From an uncultured virus (IMG/VR IMGVR_UViG_3300049812_002428) (lineage: Duplodnaviria; Heunggongvirae; Uroviricota; Caudoviricetes), in IMG/VR virus record IMGVR_UViG_3300049812_002428: a stretch of DNA of 64,000 nucleotides. The stretch is one strand, 5' to 3'. Shown piece after piece: positions 17,323-26,667 of this stretch. Below the pieces are notes generated by a model. It was not told the origin of the DNA. It saw only the letters and a list, made by a program, of their open reading frames with translations, and ran no database searches. Both the position numbers and the translations under genes were made by a program. Positions within the stretch are counted from its first letter, which is position 1. Each line of letters opens with the position of its first letter.

Positions 17323-18515
17323 TAGAGTTGAAATCCGGAGAACGTATCTTTTTTGACATCCTGTTTGATGCCACCCACAACGTAAGATTCAACCTCAGTC
17401 TCCTGTGGTGCAACCTGGAGACCCTTAGAAGAGATCCAGTGTTGCGTCCAAGGCAATGGATTGTTCTTTGCAGCAATATCATACTGCGGTTTCAATCCTA
17501 TCGCTTTCAGACGACGATTGGCAATCCACTCAACATATTGTTGTAAAAGTTTGTCGTTCAGACCAATCATAGATCCGTCCTTGAACAGATAATCTGCCCA
17601 ACGCTTCTCTTCGTTGACTGCATTATCAAACAATTTGTAAGTCCACTCCTCCTCTTCTTTCATGATCCGTTTCATTTCAGGATCGTCACCTTGCGCCCAC
17701 TTGTTCAGAATGTTCTGAGTGATTGCTAGGTGCTGGTTTTCGTCTCTTGCAATAAGGGAGATGATCTTTGCAGATCCTTCCATGAGTTTAAGTTCGCCAA
17801 AGGCGAAACTGCAAGCAAAGCTAACGTAAAACCGAATACCCTCAAGAACGTTAACGTTTGCAACTGCTCTGTAGAGTTTACGCTTGAGTTCATACTTGCC
17901 TTCTAATGCGGTTGGGACTTCTTCTAATGCGTGTTGCCATTGATTTGAATTATCATGGAAATGTGCGCTTCCAATAAAGTCATCATACGCCGATGTAACG
18001 CTGCTAGCACGCTCTAGAATGCGTTGGTCGGTGACAATCTTATCAAATACCTCAGAAGGATCTGAATAGACGTTCTTGATGATATATGTGTAGGAACGAC
18101 TGTGGATCATTTCCATGAACCCCCAGACCTCCATACATGCCTCTAGTTCAGGTAAGCTGCAGTAAGGAATAAAAGCCATCCCAGGACCACGCCCTTGAAT
18201 GGAGTCAAGCATAATCTGATACTTGAGATTAGAGGTATAGATATGCTTTTGTTCTGGACGAAGTGTTTGATAATCCCCACGGTCTTTTTGTAGTGAAACT
18301 TCTTCTGGTCTCCAGAAGTAACCCAGTTGTTGAGTTGTCAGTTTATCAAAAACTGGGTATTTGTACGAATCGTATCTCTGGACTCCCAGAGGTTTACCGA
18401 AAAACATCGGTTGTTTTTTAGTATTTACTTGTTCAGTGTTAAAGACAGTCATGCCCTTAACTTTAGTCATATTATTTTCCTCTACTGAAGAAACTTTAAA
18501 CTGCACAGGATTCAC
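17322..18515 (-). CDS. nrdB: Ribonucleotide reductase class Ia beta subunit
   Basis: FWRPEEV, EMIHSRSY, EGIRFYVSF, RDENQH, APQETEVESY. Confidence 0.97.
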   Translation of the reverse strand: MNPVQFKVSSVEENNMTKVKGMTVFNTEQVNTKKQPMFFGKPLGVQRYDSYKYPVFDKLTTQQLGYFWRPEEVSLQKDRGDYQTLRPEQKHIYTSNLKYQIMLDSIQGRGPGMAFIPYCSLPELEACMEVWGFMEMIHSRSYTYIIKNVYSDPSEVFDKIVTDQRILERASSVTSAYDDFIGSAHFHDNSNQWQHALEEVPTALEGKYELKRKLYRAVANVNVLEGIRFYVSFACSFAFGELKLMEGSAKIISLIARDENQHLAITQNILNKWAQGDDPEMKRIMKEEEEWTYKLFDNAVNEEKRWADYLFKDGSMIGLNDKLLQQYVEWIANRRLKAIGLKPQYDIAAKNNPLPWTQHWISSKGLQVAPQETEVESYVVGGIKQDVKKDTFSGFQL

Positions 18516-20793
18516 ACTCTCCCTCCTCGGCTTGTTCTAATTCGTTTAACAGATTATCTAAATTTGGTTTTTCTTCTACTACCTCATCATTCTTCATGTC
18601 ATGAGTGTTTTGATAGTAGGAGGTTTTCCAACCGTACTTATATGTAGTCAAAAAGTCTTGTGCCATGACGGACACTGGGACTTCATTCTCAGGATACTTC
18701 TCAGGATTGTAACTCCAGTTACCAGAAATCGCTTGATCAAAGAATTTTTGCATCACAGCAACAACATTAATATAACCACGATTGGACTCCATATCCCAAA
18801 GAAGCGTATAATTATTTTTAAGGTTGTTATATTGTGGGACAATCTGCTTGAGTGGTCCCTTTTTGCTCTTCTTAATGGACAGATAGTCTCTAGGTGGCTC
18901 GATTCCATTTGTTGCATTTGACACAACGGAACTGCTCTCTGATGGCATCTGAGCAGACAATGTTGAGTGCCTAAGTCCGTGGGTGGAGATAGATGTTCTA
19001 AGACCTTCCCAATCATGCTCCAACTCCTGAGATGAAATTTCGTCAACATCCTTCTTGTATGTATCAATAGGAAGGAGTCCATCAGCATACTTAGTTCGAC
19101 CAAAGTTTTCACACCATCCCTTCTCCTTGGCAAGTTGATTAGATGCCTTCAGGAGATAGAACTGGAATGCCTCAGAGAGACCGTGAACAGCGTCCCATGC
19201 CTCTTGTGAGTCGTACTTGAACCCAAGTTTAGCAAGATAGTGTGCCAGACCAATAAAACCCACTCCAAGGGATCTACGTGCCTTTGTAGCACGTTCCGCT
19301 GCCACCACAGGATATTTCTGATAGTCAATCAATTCTTCTAGACCACGGACAGCAAGGTCACAGAGATTTTCTAGTTCTTGATCAGTTCTAACCTTACCAA
19401 CATTGACAGCAGAGAGAATACACAGAGCAATCTCACCAAATTCATCATCGATGTGATCAATAGGATCTGTGGGCAGGGTAATCTCCTGACACAGGTTAGA
19501 CATATTCACCTTGTCTTTGAAAGAAGAGTGAGTGTTGCAGTGGTCGATGTTCATGATATACAGGCGACCAGTCTCAGCACGCTCCTTCAAGAGGTCTAGA
19601 ATGAGTCTTTGTGCTGAAACAGTTTTTCTTGGAACAGACTCATCTCGTTCAAACCCCACATATAAATCATCGAACCTATCAGTACCAAAAGCGTCATACA
19701 AACCTGGTACGTCGTGCGGTGAGAACAAGCTAATTTCTCCATCCTGGATGAAACGTTCGTAGAAAATTTTCGATATTTGAATGGAATAGTCAAGTTTGCG
19801 TACCCGGTTGTCTTCTGTTCCTTTGTTATTCTTTAGAACGATGATGTCTTCGATTTCCTGATGCCAGATAGGAAAGTGAACTGTCGCTGAACCACCTCTG
19901 ATACCGTTTTGTGTGCAGCATCGGACAGTTGACTCAAACTTTTTAAGGAAGGGGACCACACCTGTGTGCTGTACCTCTCCACCTCTGATCTTACTGTTGA
20001 TGCCACGGATTCTGCCCGCGTTGATACCGATTCCCGCCCTTTGTGCAACGTATTTGCCAATTGCCATATCAGAGCTAAAGATACTATCGAGGGTGTCATC
20101 AACATCAACAAGAACACAGCTAGCAAATTGTCGAAGTGGAGTTCGCACTCCTGCCATGATAGGTGTGGGAATGTTGAGTTTGTGTTTGGAGATTGCATCG
20201 TAATACCTCTTGACGTATGACATCCTGGTATCTTTTGGATACTCTTGGAAAATTGTTAGTGCAATCATTATGTACATGAACTGTGGGGTCTCATAGACTC
20301 CACCAGAACTCCTATCTTGCACTAAGTATTTATCCACAACCTGCCGGAGACCAGCATAGGTAAAGTCGAAATCACGTCCATGATCAATCATGGAGTTTGC
20401 TTTATCAATTTCCTCTTTAGAATACTTGAGGAAAATTTCTTTATCGTAAACTTCAATTTCAGTACAACTCATAATATGCTGCTCTAGATGAGGTAGTTCT
20501 CTCATCTTTCCGTAGAGACTCTTACGGAGAGCGAACAGAAGCAGACGAGCAGCAACGTACTGATAGTTTGGATGATCTAAATCAATCAAGTCACTAGCAC
20601 TTTTAATTAAAATTTCTTGGATTTCTGCAGTGGTGATGCCATCGTAGAACTGAATACCTGACTTCATCTCAACTTGACTCGCAGACACCCCTGCAAGACC
20701 CGTGGTTGCCTCTTCAACCATCAAATGCATTTTATCTAGGTCAAGAGGTTCAATTCTTCCGTCTCTCTTTTTAACCTTGGTGCCGTTACTCAT
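18496..20793 (-). CDS. nrdA: Ribonucleotide reductase class Ia alpha subunit
   Basis: ATP-cone VKKRDG, PTPIMAG, SNLCQEI, C-terminal CESC. Confidence 0.98.
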   Translation of the reverse strand: MSNGTKVKKRDGRIEPLDLDKMHLMVEEATTGLAGVSASQVEMKSGIQFYDGITTAEIQEILIKSASDLIDLDHPNYQYVAARLLLFALRKSLYGKMRELPHLEQHIMSCTEIEVYDKEIFLKYSKEEIDKANSMIDHGRDFDFTYAGLRQVVDKYLVQDRSSGGVYETPQFMYIMIALTIFQEYPKDTRMSYVKRYYDAISKHKLNIPTPIMAGVRTPLRQFASCVLVDVDDTLDSIFSSDMAIGKYVAQRAGIGINAGRIRGINSKIRGGEVQHTGVVPFLKKFESTVRCCTQNGIRGGSATVHFPIWHQEIEDIIVLKNNKGTEDNRVRKLDYSIQISKIFYERFIQDGEISLFSPHDVPGLYDAFGTDRFDDLYVGFERDESVPRKTVSAQRLILDLLKERAETGRLYIMNIDHCNTHSSFKDKVNMSNLCQEITLPTDPIDHIDDEFGEIALCILSAVNVGKVRTDQELENLCDLAVRGLEELIDYQKYPVVAAERATKARRSLGVGFIGLAHYLAKLGFKYDSQEAWDAVHGLSEAFQFYLLKASNQLAKEKGWCENFGRTKYADGLLPIDTYKKDVDEISSQELEHDWEGLRTSISTHGLRHSTLSAQMPSESSSVVSNATNGIEPPRDYLSIKKSKKGPLKQIVPQYNNLKNNYTLLWDMESNRGYINVVAVMQKFFDQAISGNWSYNPEKYPENEVPVSVMAQDFLTTYKYGWKTSYYQNTHDMKNDEVVEEKPNLDNLLNELEQAEEGECESCAV

Positions 20794-21758
20794 ATCTTCT
20801 TCCAGGTGTTAAATTTAAGTTTTGCTTGTAAACCACTATATGTGTTTGATTCTATCACAGACTGCACATCCAGTCCATTCATTACCATATCATTTATGTC
20901 TTTGTCATCGATACTATCTGGCCAAATAACTACCGACTGACCAGAATCGATTGTTTTGGATATTCGGTTTGTAATTTCTCTGTTGCGGGGTTCGTTATCA
21001 TAGATCCACACAGGACTGCCAATCCCCCAACGACCAACATCAGCGTCAGCTCCGCACATAGCAATCGCGTTGCGAATGAACGTACTATCAAATGGTCCTT
21101 CTGTAACGTAGACTGGAGCATCTCTTCTGATGTTATCCAATCCGTAGATTTTTGGTGCATCATCGTCAAGCATCACGGTAATATATTTAACCTTGCTAGG
21201 ACCTAGAGATCTTCCCTGGAATCCAATTAAGTTCTTTTCATAATAAAGAGGGATGATGATACGTTCTTCATCATGTTCCTCACTCTTAAATGTTGGTTTT
21301 AAACTATTAGCAAACTTTTTAAAGTGTTCAGCAAAATAGAAATCATCAGGGTTGAGTTTCCTTGCTATGAGATATCCTGCTGCTTCAGGATTTTCGGATG
21401 CCTTGGGAAGTTTGAGTTTCTTCTTAAACTTAGGTGTCTCAAACTTAAACTCTGGTTCTTCTACAACGAAGTTTCGACCAGAGAAACCTTCTTTGAACTT
21501 CTCCATCGCATACTGCTTCTGCACCACTGGATCAACCTTCTTTAAAAAGTTGTTAAGTGACATCGAAGCACCACAATTGTGGCACTTATAGTTAGTATTT
21601 ACCTTTGAAGCATACAGATATCCCCTTGTTTTGGACTTATTCTTTTTTGAGTCGCCACAGATAGGGCAACGAAAGTTGTAAAGATTTGCCTTTACTCTTT
21701 TAAACTTTTCTAGTTTTGAAGATACGAGTCCAATAAACTTGGAATCAATATGATCCAT
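20790..21758 (-). CDS. gp61: DNA primase (T4 gp61-like)
   Basis: RCPICGDS...CHNC Zn finger, TEGPFDS, DNEPRN, KDIND TOPRIM motifs. Confidence 0.95.
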   Translation of the reverse strand: MDHIDSKFIGLVSSKLEKFKRVKANLYNFRCPICGDSKKNKSKTRGYLYASKVNTNYKCHNCGASMSLNNFLKKVDPVVQKQYAMEKFKEGFSGRNFVVEEPEFKFETPKFKKKLKLPKASENPEAAGYLIARKLNPDDFYFAEHFKKFANSLKPTFKSEEHDEERIIIPLYYEKNLIGFQGRSLGPSKVKYITVMLDDDAPKIYGLDNIRRDAPVYVTEGPFDSTFIRNAIAMCGADADVGRWGIGSPVWIYDNEPRNREITNRISKTIDSGQSVVIWPDSIDDKDINDMVMNGLDVQSVIESNTYSGLQAKLKFNTWKKI

Positions 21759-22146
21759 TCACAAGAGATATCGCTGGTGCTACTATAGCACTTTCAGCAG
21801 AGGTTAACAAGGGTCTAAGAGTTTTGATTGATTGTGGATTTGTAATTATTAATACTGCTCCCAGTGCTCCGATGCCAATCCAAAGTTTTCGTTCCAATAT
21901 TGATAATCGTTTACTAACGATGTTATGATCGATGTCCATTTTATCACGGAGTTTGTCGATTTTATCAAACAAAACTGAGTCGATGTTTTCCTGTTTTGTA
22001 ATTCTTTCCTCATGGACCGCTAACATACGCGACACATTATTATTTACCTCTGCTAATTTCTCTATGGCAGAGTCTAACCTAGAGACCAAAGTCTCAAAGT
22101 TCTGCAGTCTTTCTTCTAGAATTGCGACCTTAACTTGCTCAGCCAT
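21745..22146 (-). CDS. Coiled-coil protein with C-terminal transmembrane segment
   Basis: MLAVHEERI coiled coil, WIGIGALGAVLII. Confidence 0.75.
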   Translation of the reverse strand: MAEQVKVAILEERLQNFETLVSRLDSAIEKLAEVNNNVSRMLAVHEERITKQENIDSVLFDKIDKLRDKMDIDHNIVSKRLSILERKLWIGIGALGAVLIITNPQSIKTLRPLLTSAESAIVAPAISLVNGSY

Positions 22147-22321
22147 TTTCGGGTTTCCACATTTTCCTTACGCCCTTCATGTAGATGTATTTATTTCTTT
22201 TTCTTACTGGAGGGTCGTCACCTGCCTCTACAGAACCAGCAATCTTTCCACCACCAATATTATTGGTAGGTGCTTCTTCACGAATGAAGTCAATAATTTT
22301 GTCAAGAGTTTCCTTTTTCAT
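22139..22321 (-). CDS. Small hypothetical protein
   Basis: FIREEAPTNNIGGGKIAG. Confidence 0.7.
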   Translation of the reverse strand: MKKETLDKIIDFIREEAPTNNIGGGKIAGSVEAGDDPPVRKRNKYIYMKGVRKMWKPENG

Positions 22322-22694
22322 TATAGATCTTGTAAAGTTCCTCTAAACAGGTCATATCGACCTTAATATTATGTATCGAAGAGTGAGGATACTCCGGTAG
22401 TTTACCCAAGAAGATGATAAAACTTTTCATGGCAGACCAGAGATCACTCTCGATTTTAAAGAACAACATTGGAGTTGTTGCTTCACCAAAGATATTATAG
22501 AGAATAATGAAATGATTTAGAAGGAGGTGAGTTTTGAGTTGACCTGTGTTTTTGTATCTCTTCAATAATCTTTTGATATATTTGAAGTGATTCAGGTCTT
22601 TGTCAAAATCCTCCTTCGTTACCGCTTGTGGATTCTCATAGTTTCGGATAGCGAATAATAAAAAATTATCCTCATTCAATTCATTAAAAAGCAT
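22302..22694 (-). CDS. Conserved T4-like phage hypothetical protein
   Basis: FLLFAIRNYENP, FKYIKRLL, LLLNHFIILYNIFG. Confidence 0.8.
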   Translation of the reverse strand: MLFNELNEDNFLLFAIRNYENPQAVTKEDFDKDLNHFKYIKRLLKRYKNTGQLKTHLLLNHFIILYNIFGEATTPMLFFKIESDLWSAMKSFIIFLGKLPEYPHSSIHNIKVDMTCLEELYKIYNEKGNS

Positions 22695-22702
22695 AGACTA
22701 GA

Positions 22703-23761
22703 TCATGCAGGAGGATAAGCAACACTGGTGGTGATGCCAGACATTGCTACCAGAGTCTCTTTCTTGACTCTTGCATTGCCATGCATATCGGTGTAAGTGG
22801 TAATACCAACCCAACCTGTAGAGGTCAGTTGATAGGAAGTACCAGATGCGTTGGATGCACCTGTTTGTGCAATACCGATAACGGTTGCTTCTTTTCCAGA
22901 TTCAGTTTCAGAACCAATAAACTCAATAGAAGTTCCGACTGCAATTCCTCTCTTAATTTCTACAGCTTGTCTAAATCCAACTGCCTGAGTCAGAGGAGTA
23001 TCAAGAACAACAGTGATCCTATTTGGTTCTGATGTTCCAGGACTGATAAACGGTCTAATGGTTCCAATACCAATAGAGTTTGTTCCAGCAACGAAAGTAT
23101 CACCAACTCTGATAGAGGTTACGTGATTATCTCTTCCGAATAGGTATCTGTCGAACAGGGTTACTTCAGATTGACCGATGGCTCTAAGACCGTGAGCATG
23201 ATAGTGAAGGGATTGTGTTGCGATTCCACTTGCCTGAACTCTGGCGAAGGTGGCACCAACAGAAACAACAGAAGCAACTCCAACAGGAAGATCACCACCA
23301 CCAAAGAGAACAGTATCTCCAGCAGTAACGTTTTCTCCAGAGGGATTACCAGAAACAAAAATAACAGTAGATCCAATACCAACTCTAGCGTGGTTGGTAG
23401 TTGTTGCCAGTTTGACTGTTCTGAACTTAGCAGAATTAGTCATCTGGTTATGATTAGGATCATGAGTCGCAGACTTAGGCGACTGAGTGATCCTATAGTT
23501 TACATTCTCAATCATACCATGACTCAGACCTGCAGTCGAATCAATGGTCAACTCAAGTGTGCTACCAATCGCTACGATTACCGCATCACCATGATAATTT
23601 TTAGGACCGTCAAAAGGAGTACCAAAACTAATTACATCTCCAACAGAAGCAGATCCAGCTTCACCAAAAGAAGTAGCTGTTCCTACAACTCTATTCGTAC
23701 CATATTCGAGAGTGACAGTACCCCCCGAAAATACATTGTCGTTATTACCCCAGAGTGCCAT
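22703..23761 (-). CDS. Probable virion structural protein (beta-rich)
   Basis: MALWG N-terminus, Gly/Thr/Ser/Val-rich, C-terminal GWVGITTYTDMHG...ETLVAMS; TATAAATA upstream. Confidence 0.65.
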   Translation of the reverse strand: MALWGNNDNVFSGGTVTLEYGTNRVVGTATSFGEAGSASVGDVISFGTPFDGPKNYHGDAVIVAIGSTLELTIDSTAGLSHGMIENVNYRITQSPKSATHDPNHNQMTNSAKFRTVKLATTTNHARVGIGSTVIFVSGNPSGENVTAGDTVLFGGGDLPVGVASVVSVGATFARVQASGIATQSLHYHAHGLRAIGQSEVTLFDRYLFGRDNHVTSIRVGDTFVAGTNSIGIGTIRPFISPGTSEPNRITVVLDTPLTQAVGFRQAVEIKRGIAVGTSIEFIGSETESGKEATVIGIAQTGASNASGTSYQLTSTGWVGITTYTDMHGNARVKKETLVAMSGITTSVAYPPA

Positions 23762-23793
23762 GTCTCGTCTCTATTAAATGTTTTGCTAATTAA

Positions 23794-23801
23794 TATTTAT
23801 A
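23794..23801 (-). promoter_or_regulatory. T4-type late promoter
   Basis: TATAAATA. Confidence 0.75.
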
Positions 23802-23819
23802 AAAAGGATAGATTGCAGT

Positions 23820-24023
23820 TCAATCCTCCTCGCGGTTTTTAATTGCCTTTGCGACAACTTCTAATAACTGATCATCCATGTCAGTCTTGGTCAACTTAAC
23901 TGCCTTAGCAAGAATAATAAGACAGATCTCAACCATTTTCTCACCCAATTCCTCATTCTCTGGAATTTTTGTAACTGCATCTTTGATGATTTTTGAAGCT
24001 AGTGGAAGTAGAAATGCAAGCAT
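23820..24023 (-). CDS. Small hypothetical protein
   Basis: 67 aa, TKTDMDDQLL motif. Confidence 0.7.
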   Translation of the reverse strand: MLAFLLPLASKIIKDAVTKIPENEELGEKMVEICLIILAKAVKLTKTDMDDQLLEVVAKAIKNREED

Positions 24024-24055
24024 GATGACCTCAGTAGACTATATTCTATATATCG

Positions 24056-24913
24056 TTATTCTTTGTTAGAAACATACCTTCCCAACTTTTTATCATAACG
24101 TTTTACTTCACCAGGACGAAGACGGTCTCTTGCTTCCTTTGTCTTTCCAACAAACTTACCAAACTTCATCTTTCGATCTGCCTTAGCAAACTCTTTTTTC
24201 TCCTTGTCATACCTATCATACTTAGTTTCTTCAGAGACCTTTTTCTTACCTTGGCAATGTGCTCTCTGAGAAAATCCTTTTGGATTATTACAATCGATAG
24301 ATTTTTTATATTTGTCAGACCAACCTTCATTCATTTTCTTGGTCTTCTTTTTCATTGAATTGATATATTTTCTATAGACTGCTGCCTCAGAGGTTTTGCC
24401 CATTTCTCTTGCTCTCTGTTCCATGGCGACTGCTGCCTGGATTTTGTGAGCATGAGATCTTGATGAATTACGAATCTTAGAAACCGATGCTTTAGCAGTA
24501 GCAACATCTTTAAATCCTAAACCATGAATAGTTCCCTTAGGATTCTCATCAGTGTATAAGTCAGAGTGCTTCTTAGAGTTAGCAGGTTGCCCTTTCTTTC
24601 TAGGGATACGAGGATTTGATTCCTCATTTACATCACCAGAGTTATCACCTTTATGCAAGTTCTTGAATAGATGTTTATGAAGTGGTTTTGCCTTCTTCAT
24701 AATTTTATCTTTCTGAGAAAAAGTTTTTTCCTCTTTGGCAACTTTCTTTTCAGGAAGTTTCTTATGTTTAGTGGATGCAAAGTCTTTCACATCACTCTTC
24801 TTCATGTCAGCAGCTGCTTTAGCAGTCTCAGGAGTAGTCGCTGCCATCTCACCTTTTTGAATGGCGCGAACTATTCCAAAAAAACGTTGCTGCTTCTTAG
24901 ATACTGCAGGCAT
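24056..24913 (-). CDS. Basic modular protein, probable head-internal protein
   Basis: MPAVSKKQQRFFG N-terminus, Lys-rich modules separated by (V/M/A)x-E-(E/G) sites. Confidence 0.65.
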   Translation of the reverse strand: MPAVSKKQQRFFGIVRAIQKGEMAATTPETAKAAADMKKSDVKDFASTKHKKLPEKKVAKEEKTFSQKDKIMKKAKPLHKHLFKNLHKGDNSGDVNEESNPRIPRKKGQPANSKKHSDLYTDENPKGTIHGLGFKDVATAKASVSKIRNSSRSHAHKIQAAVAMEQRAREMGKTSEAAVYRKYINSMKKKTKKMNEGWSDKYKKSIDCNNPKGFSQRAHCQGKKKVSEETKYDRYDKEKKEFAKADRKMKFGKFVGKTKEARDRLRPGEVKRYDKKLGRYVSNKE

Positions 24914-26658
24914 CAGTCACCTCTATAACGAGAACCAGGACGAGGACCAGTAGCATCGGTCATCTTCTGAGCATCAGTTCTGGTGTCCTTGGGTGCATTC
25001 TTTGCCATCTGCTTGAGCTGAGCAGCACGTTGCTTCTCACGATCACCAGGTTGATATGGTTTTCTCTTTGCTGCTGCTTCGCGAGAGATTCTCATCTGAT
25101 CAGCAATACTCAGTTCCTTTGCCTCACCCATTGCTTTTGTGGGTTCTGCTTTTGACTTGTCAAGTTCCTGTCTTCTTCTCTGAGCAATCATCTTATCGAG
25201 CATTGCCTTCTTTTTCTGCATCTGAACTTCTTGAGGAGACATTTCCTCACCCATGTGATCAGCAGATTTATAACGCTTGTCACCTGCCATCATTTTCTGA
25301 TATGCAGGAGTGTTACCTTTTTTATCAGCGTTGGTGACGACCATACGCTTGTCTTCAGACTTTTTTGGCGTTTCTCCGCCTCCGTAGACTGCCTCATCAA
25401 CATTCTCTTCTTTCAGTTTGTCAGCGACTTTAAGTGCTGCCTTTCTCATACCACGCTTAGCGGAGGTTTTGATTCTCTGAACCATAGGTGATACTGCTCT
25501 CTTAGCATCTCTAGCAGCATGATATCCTTTGTATGCAATTTTACCAAGGAAACCCTTTGCTTTCTTCTTCAATTTGTCTCTGGTTCTTTCAGATTTAGGT
25601 CCTTCAGTGTCATGACCCATAGTTACTTTTGCTTCTTCAAGGGCATGGTCTACTGCCTCAGGATCATGTCCTTCATCAACTAGTTCCTGACGAAGACCCT
25701 CTACCATGAAATCATACTCACTGATCTCAGTCATTTCGATGAGTTCCCCTCCCATCTCCTCAACTGCTTCACCTAATTTAGGGTTGATTTTGATTTTATT
25801 CTTTACGTTCTTTTCTTTGATAGGTTTAGAGTCAATATCGTCAGTCATGATCTCGGAGAGGTCTTGCCTCCAGGATGAATATGCTTCCTTCATAGACTTC
25901 TTCATAAGTGCAGATTTACGTCCTGAAGGATTAGTCATAGCAATTCTGCGTTGCATCTGTTTGTTGACTTCTTTTTCATCACCAGCAGCAACTGCTCTTT
26001 GCTCTTTGTCATATGCTTTTTGAGTCTGACGTTGCATCTTCTCTTTAGGAAGTGCCTTGTACATTTCATCCACATTATCAACATCCTCTTTCTTGTATTG
26101 AGGATGGTCATCCAGTTTCATACCACGCTTCTTTTCGAGACGTGCTTTGCGTTCTTTGGTGCCCTTTTCAGGATCTTCATCACGGACACCTTCGGACATT
26201 CTCTTCTTCATTGCCTTGCCGATTGCCTTACGACGTTTCATCAAGTAAGAATCGGTGCTGTCCTTCTTACCGTCATTATTGACATCACCGTCTTCCTTTC
26301 CGACAGGATCAAGTGACTCATTAGTTGGAGGGGGAGGAAGTTTTTTGCCCTTTAGTTTTCCTTGTGCCTGAAGTTTTCTGTCATAGGCAAAGACATCGAC
26401 CTTATTCTTTTTCTTCGCAGCATCTATGCGAGCAGCACCCTTAGGATCAATTATTTCATTAACCTGCTCAACCTCTTCAAAATGAGGGTTCTTCATTGAA
26501 GTCCCCATCTTCTCCATATCTTTACGTGCCTTTTCATTATTCTTCTGACGCTTTTTCATATCTGGTTCCAGATACGTGTCGTCTTTTTTCTCAGCAATTT
26601 GCTCTAAGTAAATCTTTGAGAGGGGATTCAAAGGATTAGGACCAATACCATTAGACAT
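24913..26658 (-). CDS. Highly charged modular protein, probable head-internal protein
   Basis: 581 aa, K/E-rich, recurrent hydrophobic-x-E sites; late promoter upstream. Confidence 0.65.
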   Translation of the reverse strand: MSNGIGPNPLNPLSKIYLEQIAEKKDDTYLEPDMKKRQKNNEKARKDMEKMGTSMKNPHFEEVEQVNEIIDPKGAARIDAAKKKNKVDVFAYDRKLQAQGKLKGKKLPPPPTNESLDPVGKEDGDVNNDGKKDSTDSYLMKRRKAIGKAMKKRMSEGVRDEDPEKGTKERKARLEKKRGMKLDDHPQYKKEDVDNVDEMYKALPKEKMQRQTQKAYDKEQRAVAAGDEKEVNKQMQRRIAMTNPSGRKSALMKKSMKEAYSSWRQDLSEIMTDDIDSKPIKEKNVKNKIKINPKLGEAVEEMGGELIEMTEISEYDFMVEGLRQELVDEGHDPEAVDHALEEAKVTMGHDTEGPKSERTRDKLKKKAKGFLGKIAYKGYHAARDAKRAVSPMVQRIKTSAKRGMRKAALKVADKLKEENVDEAVYGGGETPKKSEDKRMVVTNADKKGNTPAYQKMMAGDKRYKSADHMGEEMSPQEVQMQKKKAMLDKMIAQRRRQELDKSKAEPTKAMGEAKELSIADQMRISREAAAKRKPYQPGDREKQRAAQLKQMAKNAPKDTRTDAQKMTDATGPRPGSRYRGD

Positions 26659-26667
26659 GGGAATTCG

